From Podarcis erhardii (Eukaryota), in the NCBI GenBank assembly GCA_964252035.1, contig OZ176216.1: a stretch of DNA of 64,000 bases; one strand, 5' to 3'. The position numbers and the translations under genes are program-made. The notes below the pieces were generated by a model, which was not told the DNA's origin, ran no database searches, and saw nothing but the letters and a program-made list of their open reading frames with translations. Shown here in pieces: positions 26,461 through 38,670 of the stretch (position 1 is its first letter; every line of letters starts with the position of its first letter).

Positions 26461-28219
26461 GCTTCCTCCTTACATCAATTATTATGTCATCAGGTTGGAC
26501 CCTCCTTTCCTTTTGGGTGATGGCAGGCAAAGTAGGTGTTCAGCAGTTTCATGTTCTCTCTGTTACCCAACAGCATTCCTCTTTTTTCTCCACACAGAGG
26601 ACCTACTTGTTTGTTCTTTCTCTTGCTTTGAACAAAGCCGAATAAACCTTTTTGATTTTTATTATTTATTATTAAATGTGATTTATTACAATATATAGTG
26701 ATCACAGGCTTTCTCCAGAGTTCCTTTGCAGGTTAAGACAGGATAGGGAAGGAAAAGAACAGCTGTAAGACAAAATTTCAAAACTCTAGCTAACACCATT
26801 TACATAGGAATGCAAATGAACCTAGCTGCTTATGGTAAGTAAAAATTGTGCCCAGCAGACCATGCAGCCTTCCTTCTAGAAAGATGGGAGCAAGATCAAG
26901 GAAAGCATAAAGACGAGGCTAGGAAAAGAGAATAGACTGCCTCAAAGCAGATCCTTGAGTACCTATAGGTTTGATGGGAGTTGGTCAATCACAAGCTGGC
27001 CAAGAGCAGCATTAGTTCCCAGTAAAATAATCATATCTAATAATCAGAAGCAGTGTTTGAAACTCCAATTGTTCTAGGCGCATTTTGCGACAGGGAATTT
27101 CATTAGCACGAACAGTTTCTGAGCTCTGGGTGCAGTACTGCACCTAAGATTTCAGATTAAAACTGCTGAGTGGAAGGTAAGAAGGACCTTTTTTCTGCTT
27201 CACCACTTCTAGATACTCTCTGAACACTGGAGAAGAGACCCTCTTAAGAATATTAGGGAGGTGGTCCAGGGAAGGACTAGACCAAGGGGAAAATGAACAT
27301 AATATTTTAACTGCAGTTCATTCATTTTCAACTTTGTATCCTTGTTATAAAGAAGTGTGCCTAGACATTCCGTTGCTACGCCCATAACCTAGGTTTAAGG
27401 TGCTATTTAGCTCCAAGCTTTCATATCTCAGTTTCTAACACTGATCAGAAGAGGGGAGAATCCTTTTCACTTTTGAAATTGCAACTTTGCTTTTGACATA
27501 CACACTCACATATAGAAAAGCAAGACAACTGCAGAAAATAGCACATATTCTTTCCTGGGCACATTCAAAATTTACATAGTTTAGACTTAACAACAAGCTA
27601 TGCTTTTTTTTTTGTAGGAACGAGTCTGCAAAGCCTCAGGCTCACGTACACACATCTTGCTGCACATGTGAGACAGTCAAAAGGTTTCATTCTTTTTGTA
27701 AATTGTTTTGAGTTATTTTTTCTTACAATCAAGTGGTATATAAATTTTATAAAATAAAATAAACAAAAACCCAAGCACCATTCCCTGTTTCATCCAAGCT
27801 TAAAGAACACAAGGATCAGACACTGGTCCTGCTCCTTTGCTGTTACAGCTAAAGTGTAAACGTAAGTATTACCATGTCAACTCTTAAGGGTAGCTACCAC
27901 ACTAAGACAGAACGAATACGAGAGCCATGTGCTTAGTCTAATACAGCAGCAGCAAGACAACTGCCACCGTTTCCCCGCAGCTGTGGGAATCAATTGCATG
28001 GAGCCTGCCCCTGTGCTCAGCATCCCAGCAGCAGGAACAAATTTACTACATCTGCCCTTGGCCTTGACAACTTTAAAATACACTCAAAAAAATCCAATAC
28101 AAAATAAAATTAAAAACAAAACAAAAATTAAAAATAAACCCAATTTAAGCTAAAACTGAATTGAGCACACTCTTAAAACTCTTAGGCATAACTTGCTATA
28201 CTACACTGATCATTTCTGT

Positions 28220-28500
28220 TCAGAGTTTTCTTGCAACTAAAGCACATAGTGCTGTTCTGTATGTTACGTATTGGTAAGCATCTTCTAAGAGAAAACAGGT
28301 AATTTCTTGGTCAGGGTAGGTTCCTGCACCAGACAAAGTATTTCTCAGAAATGTTTCCCTTGGGCCAGCATATAATAGACATTTCAATACATAGTGGATT
28401 ACATTCTCCACCTTTAAATTACAGGTGCAAATCCCTGGCGAAGCTGGTATCTGTCTGAATATGTAATCCAACATGACATAATCTGTAGGCAGAGAAAGCA
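28220..28500 (-). mobile_element. Non-LTR retrotransposon ORF2 C-terminal (CCHC-like) fragment
   Basis: Translation ICTCNLKVENVIHYVLKCLLYAGPR resembles the C-x-C...H...C-x-L-Y...R motif of LINE ORF2 ends. Confidence 0.5.
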
Positions 28501-28619
28501 TCCCATTGTGGGATAGGGTGAACTATACAAAAAATGACGGTGGCCTCCCAAAGCTATCCAAACATACCACAAATTAAATGGCACAATCCTATGAGTCTGC
28601 CATATTTTACAATCCATCT

Positions 28620-29290
28620 ACAGAAAAGCATGGAAGGGTGAAACAGGAGCCAGGGCAACACAGTCTCGGGACCACTGTTTCTAGCACGTGTTCAGATTAC
28701 ATGAACTGGAGGATGTAAACAAAGATGGCAGGATGATTAATATAGGAAGGCAATCTCAGTCTGAAGTTTGTTGGTCCCAGGCTGTGAAGAGGTTTTATAA
28801 GTTAAAAACAATACTTTGAATTGGGTCCAAAAGCACACTGTAGCCAGTTGCAGTTGACAAAACTGCAATTGTTGTTACCTGCTGTAGGACCTTAGGGTGC
28901 AGGGCAGATAATAAATAAAAATCAAAAGTCATTCGTCAGGAGATGGGCTGTAGCACTGTGCACAGCTGAAGCTGTCAAGTCATCTTCAAGGGCACCCCAA
29001 CATTTCAATTCTCAAGCTTATATGTTAAAACAGGGTGGCAAAATCCCTGCTCTTCATGAGGGAACACAGGCTGCACAGCAGATGTAGCTGACAGAAAGCT
29101 GCTTTAGAGACCTCAGAAACCTGCTTATCAAAGAGCAAGACAGGGTCCATCCAGACTGACATGCCTTGTGCCTGCTAAGCAAAGATTAAGAGAGAAAGAG
29201 AGAGACCAATGAGATCTTTTGCTTAAAATAGACAGTTCAGCAGTGCCGACCAGGAGAGATATATAACACCAAAGACTCTCTAATTTTATT
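28620..29290 (-). mobile_element. Degenerate L2-type LINE fragment
   Basis: AATACTTTGAATTGGGTCCAAAAGCACACTGTAGCCAGTTGCAG and CATCTTCAAGGGCACCCC motifs. Confidence 0.45.
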
Positions 29291-30427
29291 TGAAGACTAT
29301 TTAGTGGTCTCTTTCATGATAATCAGCAAAATTATAGCCATGAAATGTACGAACTGCTGCTGGAGGGTGGGCTTGCTTATGGAAACTTGTGTTAGCAGTT
29401 TACTTAACTCTCGCCTCATCTATTGGTTTCCAATGATTAAAGATGACCCCTAAATTCAAGTATGAAAGTTAGAGTCTGGGTTTGGTCAAGAGTTGGAGGG
29501 AGAGGCAGCCCAAAAGTACATACCCCCTGAAATTCAGTCATGTCCAAACAGTTACCGGGTACTTCAGTTTCATAACACCATTGTAAATCCTGGTTTGTTC
29601 TCAGACAGGTAAATTAGAAAGTCTGCATTCCCAAGAACAAATGTAAACAGCACCAGGACATCTTTGGAAAAAGGTTGTCCTTCTGTAGGGACTGGAGAAT
29701 ATTTGCAACTACACAGATACACAAACACACACAACCCTCTATGAGAATGTTCAGTGACATGCTGCTGGTCCAGCTAGTAAAAGGAACATTTGGAGGGGAA
29801 CATATCGTTGCCCTGTTACCTGTTTCCTTTGTGTTCCCTTGCAATAAATTCCAGCCCTCAAGAGCCGGGAATAAGATCACAGTGTGAGCAGCCCCCTGCT
29901 CTGCAAGTCTTTTGCACCCTGTTCCATTTAGCTAAAGCTGGGAGACAGGCTAATGTCCTAGCAGCTGGAATCAATGAGTGGCTGTTGCTCAGTGAAGCCC
30001 ATGGTGCTCTGGGTCTCTTTTCTTCAGGTCCTAGAGGCTGGAACAATGAAAGGAGGGCTGGGCAAAAATATAGTGCAGCCCCCTCAATAGAGCTACTTCT
30101 CTAACTCAGGAGAGCCCATTTGAAACCATCCTTTTATAGAAGAGAACAAAAGAAAACATGGAGTGTTCTCAGCAGAACTGAAGCCCTGCAGTATGGTTGG
30201 TCAAGAGCAGTTGGGTGAGTTTTCCTGTGGAAGAGTCAATTGGCAACTGAACCTAACCTCAAAGAATACTGAATGCCTTCTTGTCTCCATGATACAACTG
30301 AAATTGTTGGCAATTTTTTTTTTTTTTTTTGCCTGATCTGGAATGACTTCAGTGAGAAACAAGAATGAGAAAAGAAAAGTGATTGGATTGATTCCCTGCT
30401 TTTCAAACACACAACACTGAGGAGAGA

Positions 30428-30640
30428 GCCACACTATATATTTAAAGCACATTCAATGCACATTTAAAGCATGTCTTCCCACAAAGAATCCTGAAAACTG
30501 TGGTGTGTCAAGGGTGCTGGGAATTGTAACTCTGTGAGGCGGGGGGGGGGGAACACTGCTATTCCCAGGATTCTTTTGGGGAATGAGGCCCTGTGCATTA
30601 AATGCATGTTGGATATGCTTTAACTGTATAATGTAGGTCT
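30428..30640. mobile_element. Old palindromic MITE-like element
   Basis: Arms CACACTATATATTTAAAGCACATTCAATGCACATTT...AAGAATCCTG and CAGGATTCTT...TGCATTAAATGCATGTTGGATATGCTTTAACTGTATAATGTAG are imperfect reverse complements. Confidence 0.55.
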
Positions 30641-33341
30641 GCCCTGAAAAAAAATTAAACTGTTGATTAATGGCGCTACAACTGTGAATTTATGCATTCT
30701 CTCTCAGTTCTAATGAACATCAATTTATTTTCAGCAATAGAGATAACAGTCCTGGATATGATGCTTACTGAATATTATGTTGTACTAAAAAGGAAGTACA
30801 AATTCTTAGTAGTATGCTACTTAGTAAACCTTCCCTAACTTAAAGTTCACTTTCCAAAACATAGGCACTCTTTTTCCATCTTTACTAAAAGACAAATGAT
30901 TATTCTAGAAGGGCATATCTGGCAAGCTGTAATACATTTACCAGGACTGTTGGGTTAACATATGGCCACATACTCAATCCAATTTAAAGTATGTTCACCT
31001 GGAGGGCAGATGAGGATTTTTTCTTATCAGATCAGCGATTGCTGTCACTCTGGCTGTCTGCATCATAGGTCACAGAAATACTTTAACAAGCCTTCCTAGA
31101 AATGGGCATTCATTGCTCCTTGGCTAAGCATACCCCATCTACCACCTTTTATCAGACTTTCAACATATCTAGCCTGATTCAACATATGCTCCAGTCACTG
31201 ATGGATGTCAACTCCCACTACACCATCCTTTTACTTGCAATGTTTAAACACTGTCAAGACAGTGCTCAAGGGTGCACATGTGCCTATAGAAACCTCCCTG
31301 GTGCCCTCTGGGTAACTCCTCCCCTCCAACGAAATTTGGCTTTAAAGCAGCATTATGTCATAGCCAATATAGTAGGTTGCAGAGCATGGTGCCCATGACA
31401 GTTTATCCAGTTTGATGGATAAACTGGATGGACCTCAAAAAGTTGGCAACCCCTGACTTAAGTTGATCCAGCAGGTGTCCAACTCTGGTTGCCTCTACCT
31501 TCAGAAGATTTCCTGCTTTATTTTATTGCTGATGGTTTTGATGCTGGTTTTACTGTTATTTTATTGGCATAGTTGTATAAATGTTTATATTGTACAAAGT
31601 CTCAAAATATTTAGTAAAACAAATTATGATTAGCCGAAGGCTACCAAGTGAACTTCATAGCTAAGCAGGGATTTGAGTTTGGATCACCTTTGTTCTAAAC
31701 CAACTTTGCATCACTGCAGGATGGGCTAGATTCATCAAATCCCAGATCAGAGCTTCTCAAACTTTATACACCCAAGGCTCACTTGGGATGGCTAAAAATA
31801 TTGAGGCCCACCAGTCACAAAATAGTAGTGCAGTGGCAGGACCAGTCACAGAATAGTGGCAGGTGGCAGTAAGGCTTAGCTAATCAGCTGACAACTAGAC
31901 ATAACTTTCTACTAACATCCAACACCATTTTGGAAATTGCCAAGTTCTTCACCACAAGCAATTTCCTTGTGTCAATGAGTTCCGTAAGTCATTTTTCTTC
32001 CAGCTAAGTATAGACATTGGCTCTGGAAATATTCCACCTCCCCAATTTAGGCAGAATTTCCTGATTCACAGACTCTAAGGGAAGAAATATTTTCAATTAA
32101 TTATTTCCCCTCCCTGCACCATGCATCAAAAAATGTTTTTACCTGTCTCCTGACATTTCTTTCACACTTACCTTGTAAATATTCCCAGCCACCCCAAGCT
32201 GCCAGCTTCTTTGATCTCTCCTTCATGGTCCCTTTTCATTCACTTCTTTTTGGTAACAGCTTTCTTCTCTTATCCCAGTGTTTACCAAACTTGGAAACAC
32301 ACCCTCAAACTTATTTGTTGCCAAACCACCTTTAGTCAGCATGCAAGGAGTTCCTGGTGTTGGCACTGCTGCAAAAAAAAGGCTATGGGGTGACTAGAGG
32401 GTGGGGTGGGCAAGCAAGGAGGCCAGTGAGACTGAAAGTGGTCCAATGACTACATGAGGAACACTGTCCTATACCCAACAATGGTATCATCCAAGGGGCA
32501 GAATGTTGCTAGGAGTTAGTTGCTATTCTAATCAATTTCTCCACAGCGAAGCAAAATAGTTGTGCCTGACAGTGGGGAGGAAACATGACTGTCTAACAAG
32601 GACTGTCCGTTATAACATCTTATTCAAGCTTTCATTGATACTCTCTTTAGAGTTAACACTGCATTGGGGGAGGGACCCTTGGAGTTGAATAAAACAGGGT
32701 CAGTGGGTTAACCCAGACTCCTACTACACTCAGAATTCAGGTTTATATTGAGTAACAACTGGTCTCCCAGGAGGCTTGAGTGACTACCATGTTGAAGAGA
32801 AAATGTCACACCAGTGATTACACCCCGCAGTGCTGTGTCTCTCCTGTTCTCCCTCACCTCCTCACTTTCTAATCCACTTCATTTAGTACTTTAAATTCCT
32901 GACCAATTAGTTAAAAAAACAAGTTTGTGACCACCTCATGACAAGGATAAAACACAAAAAATAAAGAATGTTCTCAAAGAGTGGAGAGAGGGGAAACTTG
33001 ATTGAGTGCCTGCCTCCTTGTGTTTTTATAGGCAACACCTGGTCATTTATACTGAGGAAACAGAGCACAGAAAACATTTTCAAACAAATTGGACTTGATA
33101 AACAACAAAAGCAATTAAACATTTACCTAGCCAAGATTGTTTTAAGATGCTAATTTGATATCAAATACTTTCTCTCTCACCTGCCTGTTCCCCAGGCAAA
33201 TCCTTAAATCAGAACCAGGCAATCAGTATAACCCAGGGTCAGAAATGACCTTCTATTTGATATTTTTCAGAATGGTAAGATAATTATTGTTCAAAGCAGA
33301 GTTCTTGTGCATAGAGAAAACAATAATCTCTTTCCATCATG

Positions 33342-33370
33342 ATAGATAAGATAGATAGATAGATTAGATT
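33342..33370. repeat. Imperfect (AGAT)n/(AGATT)n repeat
   Basis: Read directly. Confidence 0.8.
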
Positions 33371-34205
33371 AAAAACACTACTTTTAGGTCACCATATAGA
33401 TACATTCTAGGTTAAATAATACTTCAATCTTACAGAAACTACTGGAAAATGTACTCTGTGTTGGAGAAGTTAAGAAAACTTTGAGCACATTAAAACAACA
33501 ATTATTTCAATTATTAATTCCCAAGATCCAGAGGTTGCAACCGAAGTATAGTAATATGAAACCAATCTAAGTTTGTGCCATAGATATCCCCCACAACCCT
33601 TTACCAAAAGAGATCGGGTGACTTTATTTTTCTTGATACTAAACCTGCTCCTTTCCCTTTTTAAACCAATACATTTACTAGGCCACAATACTTTTACTAG
33701 GGTAACATCATATACCGGTAGTAATGCTATTTATTTGGAAATAAAAATTTTCACATTTACAGAAGCTTCTATGTCTGGAGAACATGCCACGCAAAAACCA
33801 ATAGATAAAGCTATCTCATTGAGCTACTGACCTTTTTAAAAAACCTATTACACCACCTAAAATTAATCTCTGGTTTTGCTAATCTAACAATTGTTATAGT
33901 TTTCTTTACTGCTGTTCTCTACCTGAAGGATTTTGTGCGTTTCACCTTAGGCCGGAGACAGATCCAGAGAACTGCTGGATTTTATATTTTGAAAAATGGG
34001 TAGTCAGCAATGATATGTTTCTTCTTTCCAGCATCCCCAGGCGTAACCTGAAACCTGCATAACACCTAATCTATGGAGTCAGCTATCTCTTTCCACAATC
34101 CATCTTAAAACCAAGGCTAATGCAGACTTTATGGCTTTTTGCAACAAGCCAGCTCCCCTCTCCCTCCCTCCCTTCCTCTTCCATACCGCCTGCTTTTGTT
34201 AACAC

Positions 34206-34290
34206 CTAGCCTGATGAAGAGTTCTGGAAAACTTGCAAGCTTGCTCCTTATTTTGTGACATTTTGGTTGGCCCAATAAAAGAATCACCCT
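34206..34290 (+). mobile_element. Decayed Penelope-like terminal repeat of a second family, with a degenerate hammerhead
   Basis: AGC-CTGATGA-AGAGTTC-TGGA-AAACTT-GCAA-GC-TT-GCT followed by TTGGTTGGCCCAATAAAAGAATCACC. Hammerhead layout with GAAA changed to GCAA. Confidence 0.6.
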
Positions 34291-34953
34291 GCGATGGAGT
34301 TTGGAATTTTACTTGCCACAGGTACTCAGCCAGAGGCCATTTACAAGGTTTGACTATGCAGATGGCTGGACAGAAGTTTTGGATCAGCCTGGAAACTGCA
34401 CCCTCAAATCCTGAGGGAGTAGGAAACCACAAAGTGATTTTCCTTCTAAGCTGCTTCCATTCCATCTTTCTATCCAAACAGTTTTTTTTATTATTCCCAA
34501 ATCCTGCTGCTTCTTCATTCTTTCCTTCAACCTCACCTGTAATTACCACTATCATGCTCCTGTTGCCGCTTCTAAAGCCTGCTCCACATGATCAAGGCAC
34601 AAAGCTCTATATGCTATCCAAATATACAAATGTGGGCATGTGGGACAGGGAGAGAGAGGATTACAATAAAATTGGGTGAAATACTGGACGTGGGACCTGA
34701 CATCTTTACTGTCATGCATCCTCACTAGTCAAACTAATACCCCATAACACTCCAAATTCCTGATCACAGGTTTTCAAAATCAATCAATCAAGAGCCACAA
34801 TAGTCTCAAACTATTTTCCTTAAGCAAATAAGAAATGCTTGATTAAACAGGATCAATAGTTGATCAGAAATATTGGTAAAAAGAAACCAAATTAACTTCC
34901 CTGGACAAAGAGTTCTACATTCTGGTTGCTATGACAGGAAAAGCCCTCCATAC

Positions 34954-35316
34954 CAGTGTTCAAAATTCACCAGGTGCCAGGCACATTTTGCACCTGGTTA
35001 TTGAACACTTGTGACCAAGGGAAGATGCCCAGGTGCCAGGATGCAATCTGACATCACCATCTGGAGCTGCATGGCTGGGATTCCTTGGATCTTGATTGTT
35101 TTCACACACTAGCAACACATCCTATAGAATTACATCCAGTATATTTTATCTGCACGATCAGAATGAATTTCAGGAACCAAAACATTGTATTGAAAAATAT
35201 GACTTTTTTAGCTGTCTGGCCCCCAAATGGCAACTAGGCATTCTGTTTTGGTGACTGTATCCCTGGTTTAAGGAGCCATTTGGCACCTAGCTTATATATC
35301 TGAGTTTCTAACACTG
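34954..35316. mobile_element. hAT-like non-autonomous element, same family as 49894
   Basis: CAGTGTTCAAAATT...GTTTCTAACACTG; shares subterminal blocks (CCAGGC-ATTTTGC-CCT; ACTAG-CATTCTGTTTTGGT) with 49894-50201; TSD eroded. Confidence 0.6.
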
Positions 35317-35873
35317 CCTTACATATCCCTGCCAACCATACTTCAGAAGGTGGTAGGACGTACAGTGGGGGGAGGGGCATAGACTAGTCTTACCATACAT
35401 ATCAGGGGCATATCAAGATTTTTGGATACAAGTCTCCTGAGTTCATGAAATTATATTCCTATCTTGTTATGGTGGACAGAAGGGGTTGAAAATGTTGCCT
35501 CAAAGGCAAGGAGCAGCCATTTTAAATTTGTCTGTATAGATTTGAAGCAATCCCTTTCATTATGACAGAATTTACTTGCTCCAAGTAAGGAATGACTGTT
35601 TGCTCTGTAAAAGCACTCTAGGCTGGTGTCACTGCCAAATAGATGCTCTTTTCTATGACTAAGTACAGTGCACAAGGTAGTCATAGCCAATTTGTACTCC
35701 CTGATTCCTGCATAGGCTTTTTTCTACAATACTGGGAATGCCATGAGAAAATGCTTCTCAGTTGAATGACAGCAGACAACTTGCCTTGAACAACCTCTCC
35801 TGAATAATATACCTTTTACATTTTGAAGCTCTGGTAGGATATGAACATTAACACATCTGTAAAATGTATATCT

Positions 35874-36009
35874 CAGTGATGGCCAAACTTGGCCCTCCAG
35901 CTGTTTTGGGACTACAATTCCCATCATCCCTGACCACTGGTCCTGCTAGCTAGGGATGATGGGAGTTGTAGTCCCAAAACAGCTGGAGGACCAAGTTTGG
36001 CCATCACTG
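35874..36009. mobile_element. hAT-type palindromic MITE (136 bp), subfamily with CAGTGATGGCCAAAC ends
   Basis: Near-perfect hairpin; TSD GTATATCT/GTATAGTT (6/8). Confidence 0.88.
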
Positions 36010-36198
36010 GTATAGTTCTTTAGAGCTGAAAAGTAGTCTGGGTAAAATGGGCCTTTTCTGCGGTGACACTCACACCCTCTCAGGGGCAGGTGCGCCAACT
36101 CTAGTAGATGGAGGTGCCATCAGCCCCCTCAATATTCTTTGCAAGGGGCTAAGCCCCCCAAATATTGATGTCAGTGGTTTGAAGGAGCTCTTTTCATT

Positions 36199-36334
36199 TA
36201 CAGATAGGTAGCCGTGTTGGTCTGCCATGGTCAAAACAAAATAAAAAAATTCCTTCCAGTAGCACCTTAAAGACCAACTGAGTTAGTTCTAGGTATGAGC
36301 TTTCGTGTGCATGCACACTTCTTCAGATACCAGT
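36199..36334 (-). mobile_element. Penelope-like element terminal-repeat fragment carrying the hammerhead
   Basis: Resembles the reptile PLE terminal repeat as recalled (GAAAGCTCATACC...TTGGTCTTTAAGGTGCTAC...AACACGGCTACC). Flanked by the 10 bp direct repeat TCTTTTCATT (36189-36198, 36335-36344). Confidence 0.75.
36292..36331 (-). ncRNA. Minimal type I hammerhead ribozyme motif
   Basis: Minus strand GGTAT-CTGAAGA-A-GTGTG-CATG-CACAC-GAAA-GC-TC-ATACC: stem I GGUAU/AUACC, core CUGANGA, stem II GUGUG/CACAC, GAAA, palindromic mini stem III, UH cleavage site. Confidence 0.85.
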
Positions 36335-37266
36335 TCTTTTCATTGTAAGGCTTTTATAGGTGAATTGAGCATGTGTTTGGACCCTGGATGAGAACCCAGA
36401 GGCTTTGAGGGAGAATGTGTCATAAGGAAAATAAACTGATATTGATTTATATATATTAGTAACTCTGTATTAATTTAACTGTGCATTTTTGTAATATTTT
36501 GTTTAAGTTGCCTATTGTTGCTTCAGTTTTCTGTACACTGCTTAGAGATATTTTTAATATATTAAGCAATACAGAAGCAATCAAATAAAATGGTCAAAAT
36601 AAAGTTCTAAAACGTAACACTTACACCAATTACATCAATTAAATACAAACCACTGTTACCCCCCCCATCAGTATTTCAGTTCAATTACTTTGCTATTGCA
36701 AAAATATTTTCAGATGTTTAACATTTTGGCACTTTTAAATGTGAGTACAATCCAAAACATACTTAAATTCCATTTTTAAATCAACGGAAATAAGCATTCA
36801 GACACAGAGGCAAGTGTTTACTTTATAGTGATCTTAAATGAGACTGAAGTCAGATTTTGTATCATGCTGAATCCAAGTACCTTAGCCACTTAAAAAAACC
36901 TTAATTTCCACTGCAGCTTTAGACCATACTCCAGCTGAAGGTTGTTCATCAAGAAACTGTCCTTATCCTTTTCTTTCTATATCCTGCCTATAGAGATGGG
37001 ATGAATATATTAACAGACAAAGGAAAAACAAAAGAAAACCCATGTCTTACAATTATAATTAGACATCTGGGACCTGTAAGCTGCAATTTCCCCAGCTAAA
37101 TATTTTTCTTTCTTGCCACTGAGGTGGCAAATCCAAGGATTTTGGATTGATCACTAGCAGTGTGGCCATACAAGCAACTACAGAGAGCCGCTTTTTTTCT
37201 TAAAAGAAAAGCTGTCTACCAAAAGGATGCAGACCTAGTTAACACATTGCATTACAGTTTAAAATA

Positions 37267-37620
37267 AAGGTAAAGGTACCCCTGCCTGTACGGGCCAGTC
37301 TTGACAGACTCTAGGGTTGTGCGCTCATCTCACTCTATAGGCCGGAAGCCAGCGCTGTCCACAGACACTTCCGGGTCACTTGGCCAGCGTGACAAGCTGC
37401 ATCTGGCGAGCCAGCGCAGCACACGGAACGCCGTTTACCTTCCCGTTGGTAAGCGGTCCCTATTTATCTACTTGCACCCGGGGGTGCTTTCGAACTGCTA
37501 GGTTGGCAGGCGCTGGGACCGAACGACGGGAGCGCACCCCGCCGCGGGGATTCGAACCGCCGACCATGCAATCGGCAAGTCCTAAGCGCTGAGGTTTTAC
37601 CCACAGCGCCACCCGCGTCA
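37267..37620 (-). mobile_element. Full-length Sauria-type tRNA-derived SINE
   Basis: A box TGGCGCTGTGG (37611-37601), B box GGTTCGAATCC (37558-37548), (ACCTTT)n tail, 13 bp TSD ACAGTTTAAAATA (37254-37266, 37621-37633). Confidence 0.88.
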
Positions 37621-38199
37621 ACAGTTTAAAATAGTAAATACTAAAGTAGGATTTTAGTCTCTTTAGCAAAAAAATCACCCTCAACAACATGCACACATTT
37701 GACAAGCGCTCACACTTTCAAAACTTGGAATTAGTTTTAATACAACCTGTTCACACCATTTGATTCATGGACTTAGGATCTGCTGGGACTGACAGAGCTG
37801 AAAGATGTCTAATGCATGTGAATATGTTGTTACAAAAGTTGGGTGCCTGCCCCTCTTCCTGCCAAGCGGTGGCAGGAGCCCATGGGGTCCCAGGCACCCA
37901 TACAAGGTCTGTGTTCCTTTGAAGGATGGAAGACCCTGAGGAGACTGTTGGGACTTTAAGAAATATGGTTTATTCACCTATTTACACTTTCAGTCTGCAT
38001 GGAGGGAGTCCATATCTTATGGCATAGTCATTTCAAGAGCCAGCAGCGCAGGCAGCCTTCAGCCTGTCTGTCCAAGATGAATCTCAGCCTTTCTTCCTCC
38101 TCTTTCCTTCCAGCAACCCTTGCCCCAGCCCAGCAGTTACCCTGGCAACCGTCCAAATCCCCAGTCTCTGTTCACACCTGGGACAAGGGGGAAGAAGTG

Positions 38200-38480
38200 A
38201 GTTTGTTTGTTTATTGACCGACTGACTTTACATACCACCCTATACCCACAGGTTTCAGGGCAGTTCAAAGAATAAAATCAAAATATAAAACCACAAAATA
38301 CACAATTAACATCATGTAGATGTTAAACAACATAGGGGATAGGATTGAGCCCTGCGGAACCCAACATTGAAGGTTCCACCAGGCTGAAAAGCATTCTCCA
38401 AGCAACACCCTCTGGGAACGACCATCCAAGTAAGACTGGAACCACCACAAAGTGGTGCCACTCACCCCTAGTTCAGACAG
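38200..38480 (-). mobile_element. L2/CR1-clade LINE relic: RT segment joined directly to a 3' tail
   Basis: 38306-38480 translates LSELGVSGTTLWWFQSYLDGRSQRVLLGECFSAWWNLQCWVPQGSILSPMLFNIYM (RT PQGS motif); 38200-38305 resembles a LINE 3' terminus. Confidence 0.8.
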
Positions 38481-38487
38481 CTGCTCC

Positions 38488-38567
38488 GGAAGGAAGAAGA
38501 AGAAGAAGAAGAAGAAGAAGAAGAAGAAGAAGAAGAAGAAGAGGAGGAGGAGGAGGAGGAGGAGGAG
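38488..38567. repeat. Compound microsatellite, about (GAA)16(GAG)9
   Basis: Read directly; it is the tail of the adjacent SINE. Confidence 0.95.
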
Positions 38568-38670
38568 TTTGGATTTGATATCCCGCTTTATCACTACCCT
38601 AAGGTTAACAATCTCCTTTCCCTTCCTCCGCCGCAACACTCTGTGAGGTGCGCGAGGCTGAGAGACTTCA
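38568..38670 (-). mobile_element. 5'-truncated squamate SINE 3' part
   Basis: TTTGGATTTGATATCCCGCTTTATCACTACCC...CACTCTGTGAGGTG...GGCTGAGAGACTTCAGAG. Confidence 0.7.

Noticed and set aside
37540-37620. tRNA-like A and B boxes
   Set aside because: Head of a SINE with tail and TSD; no cloverleaf.
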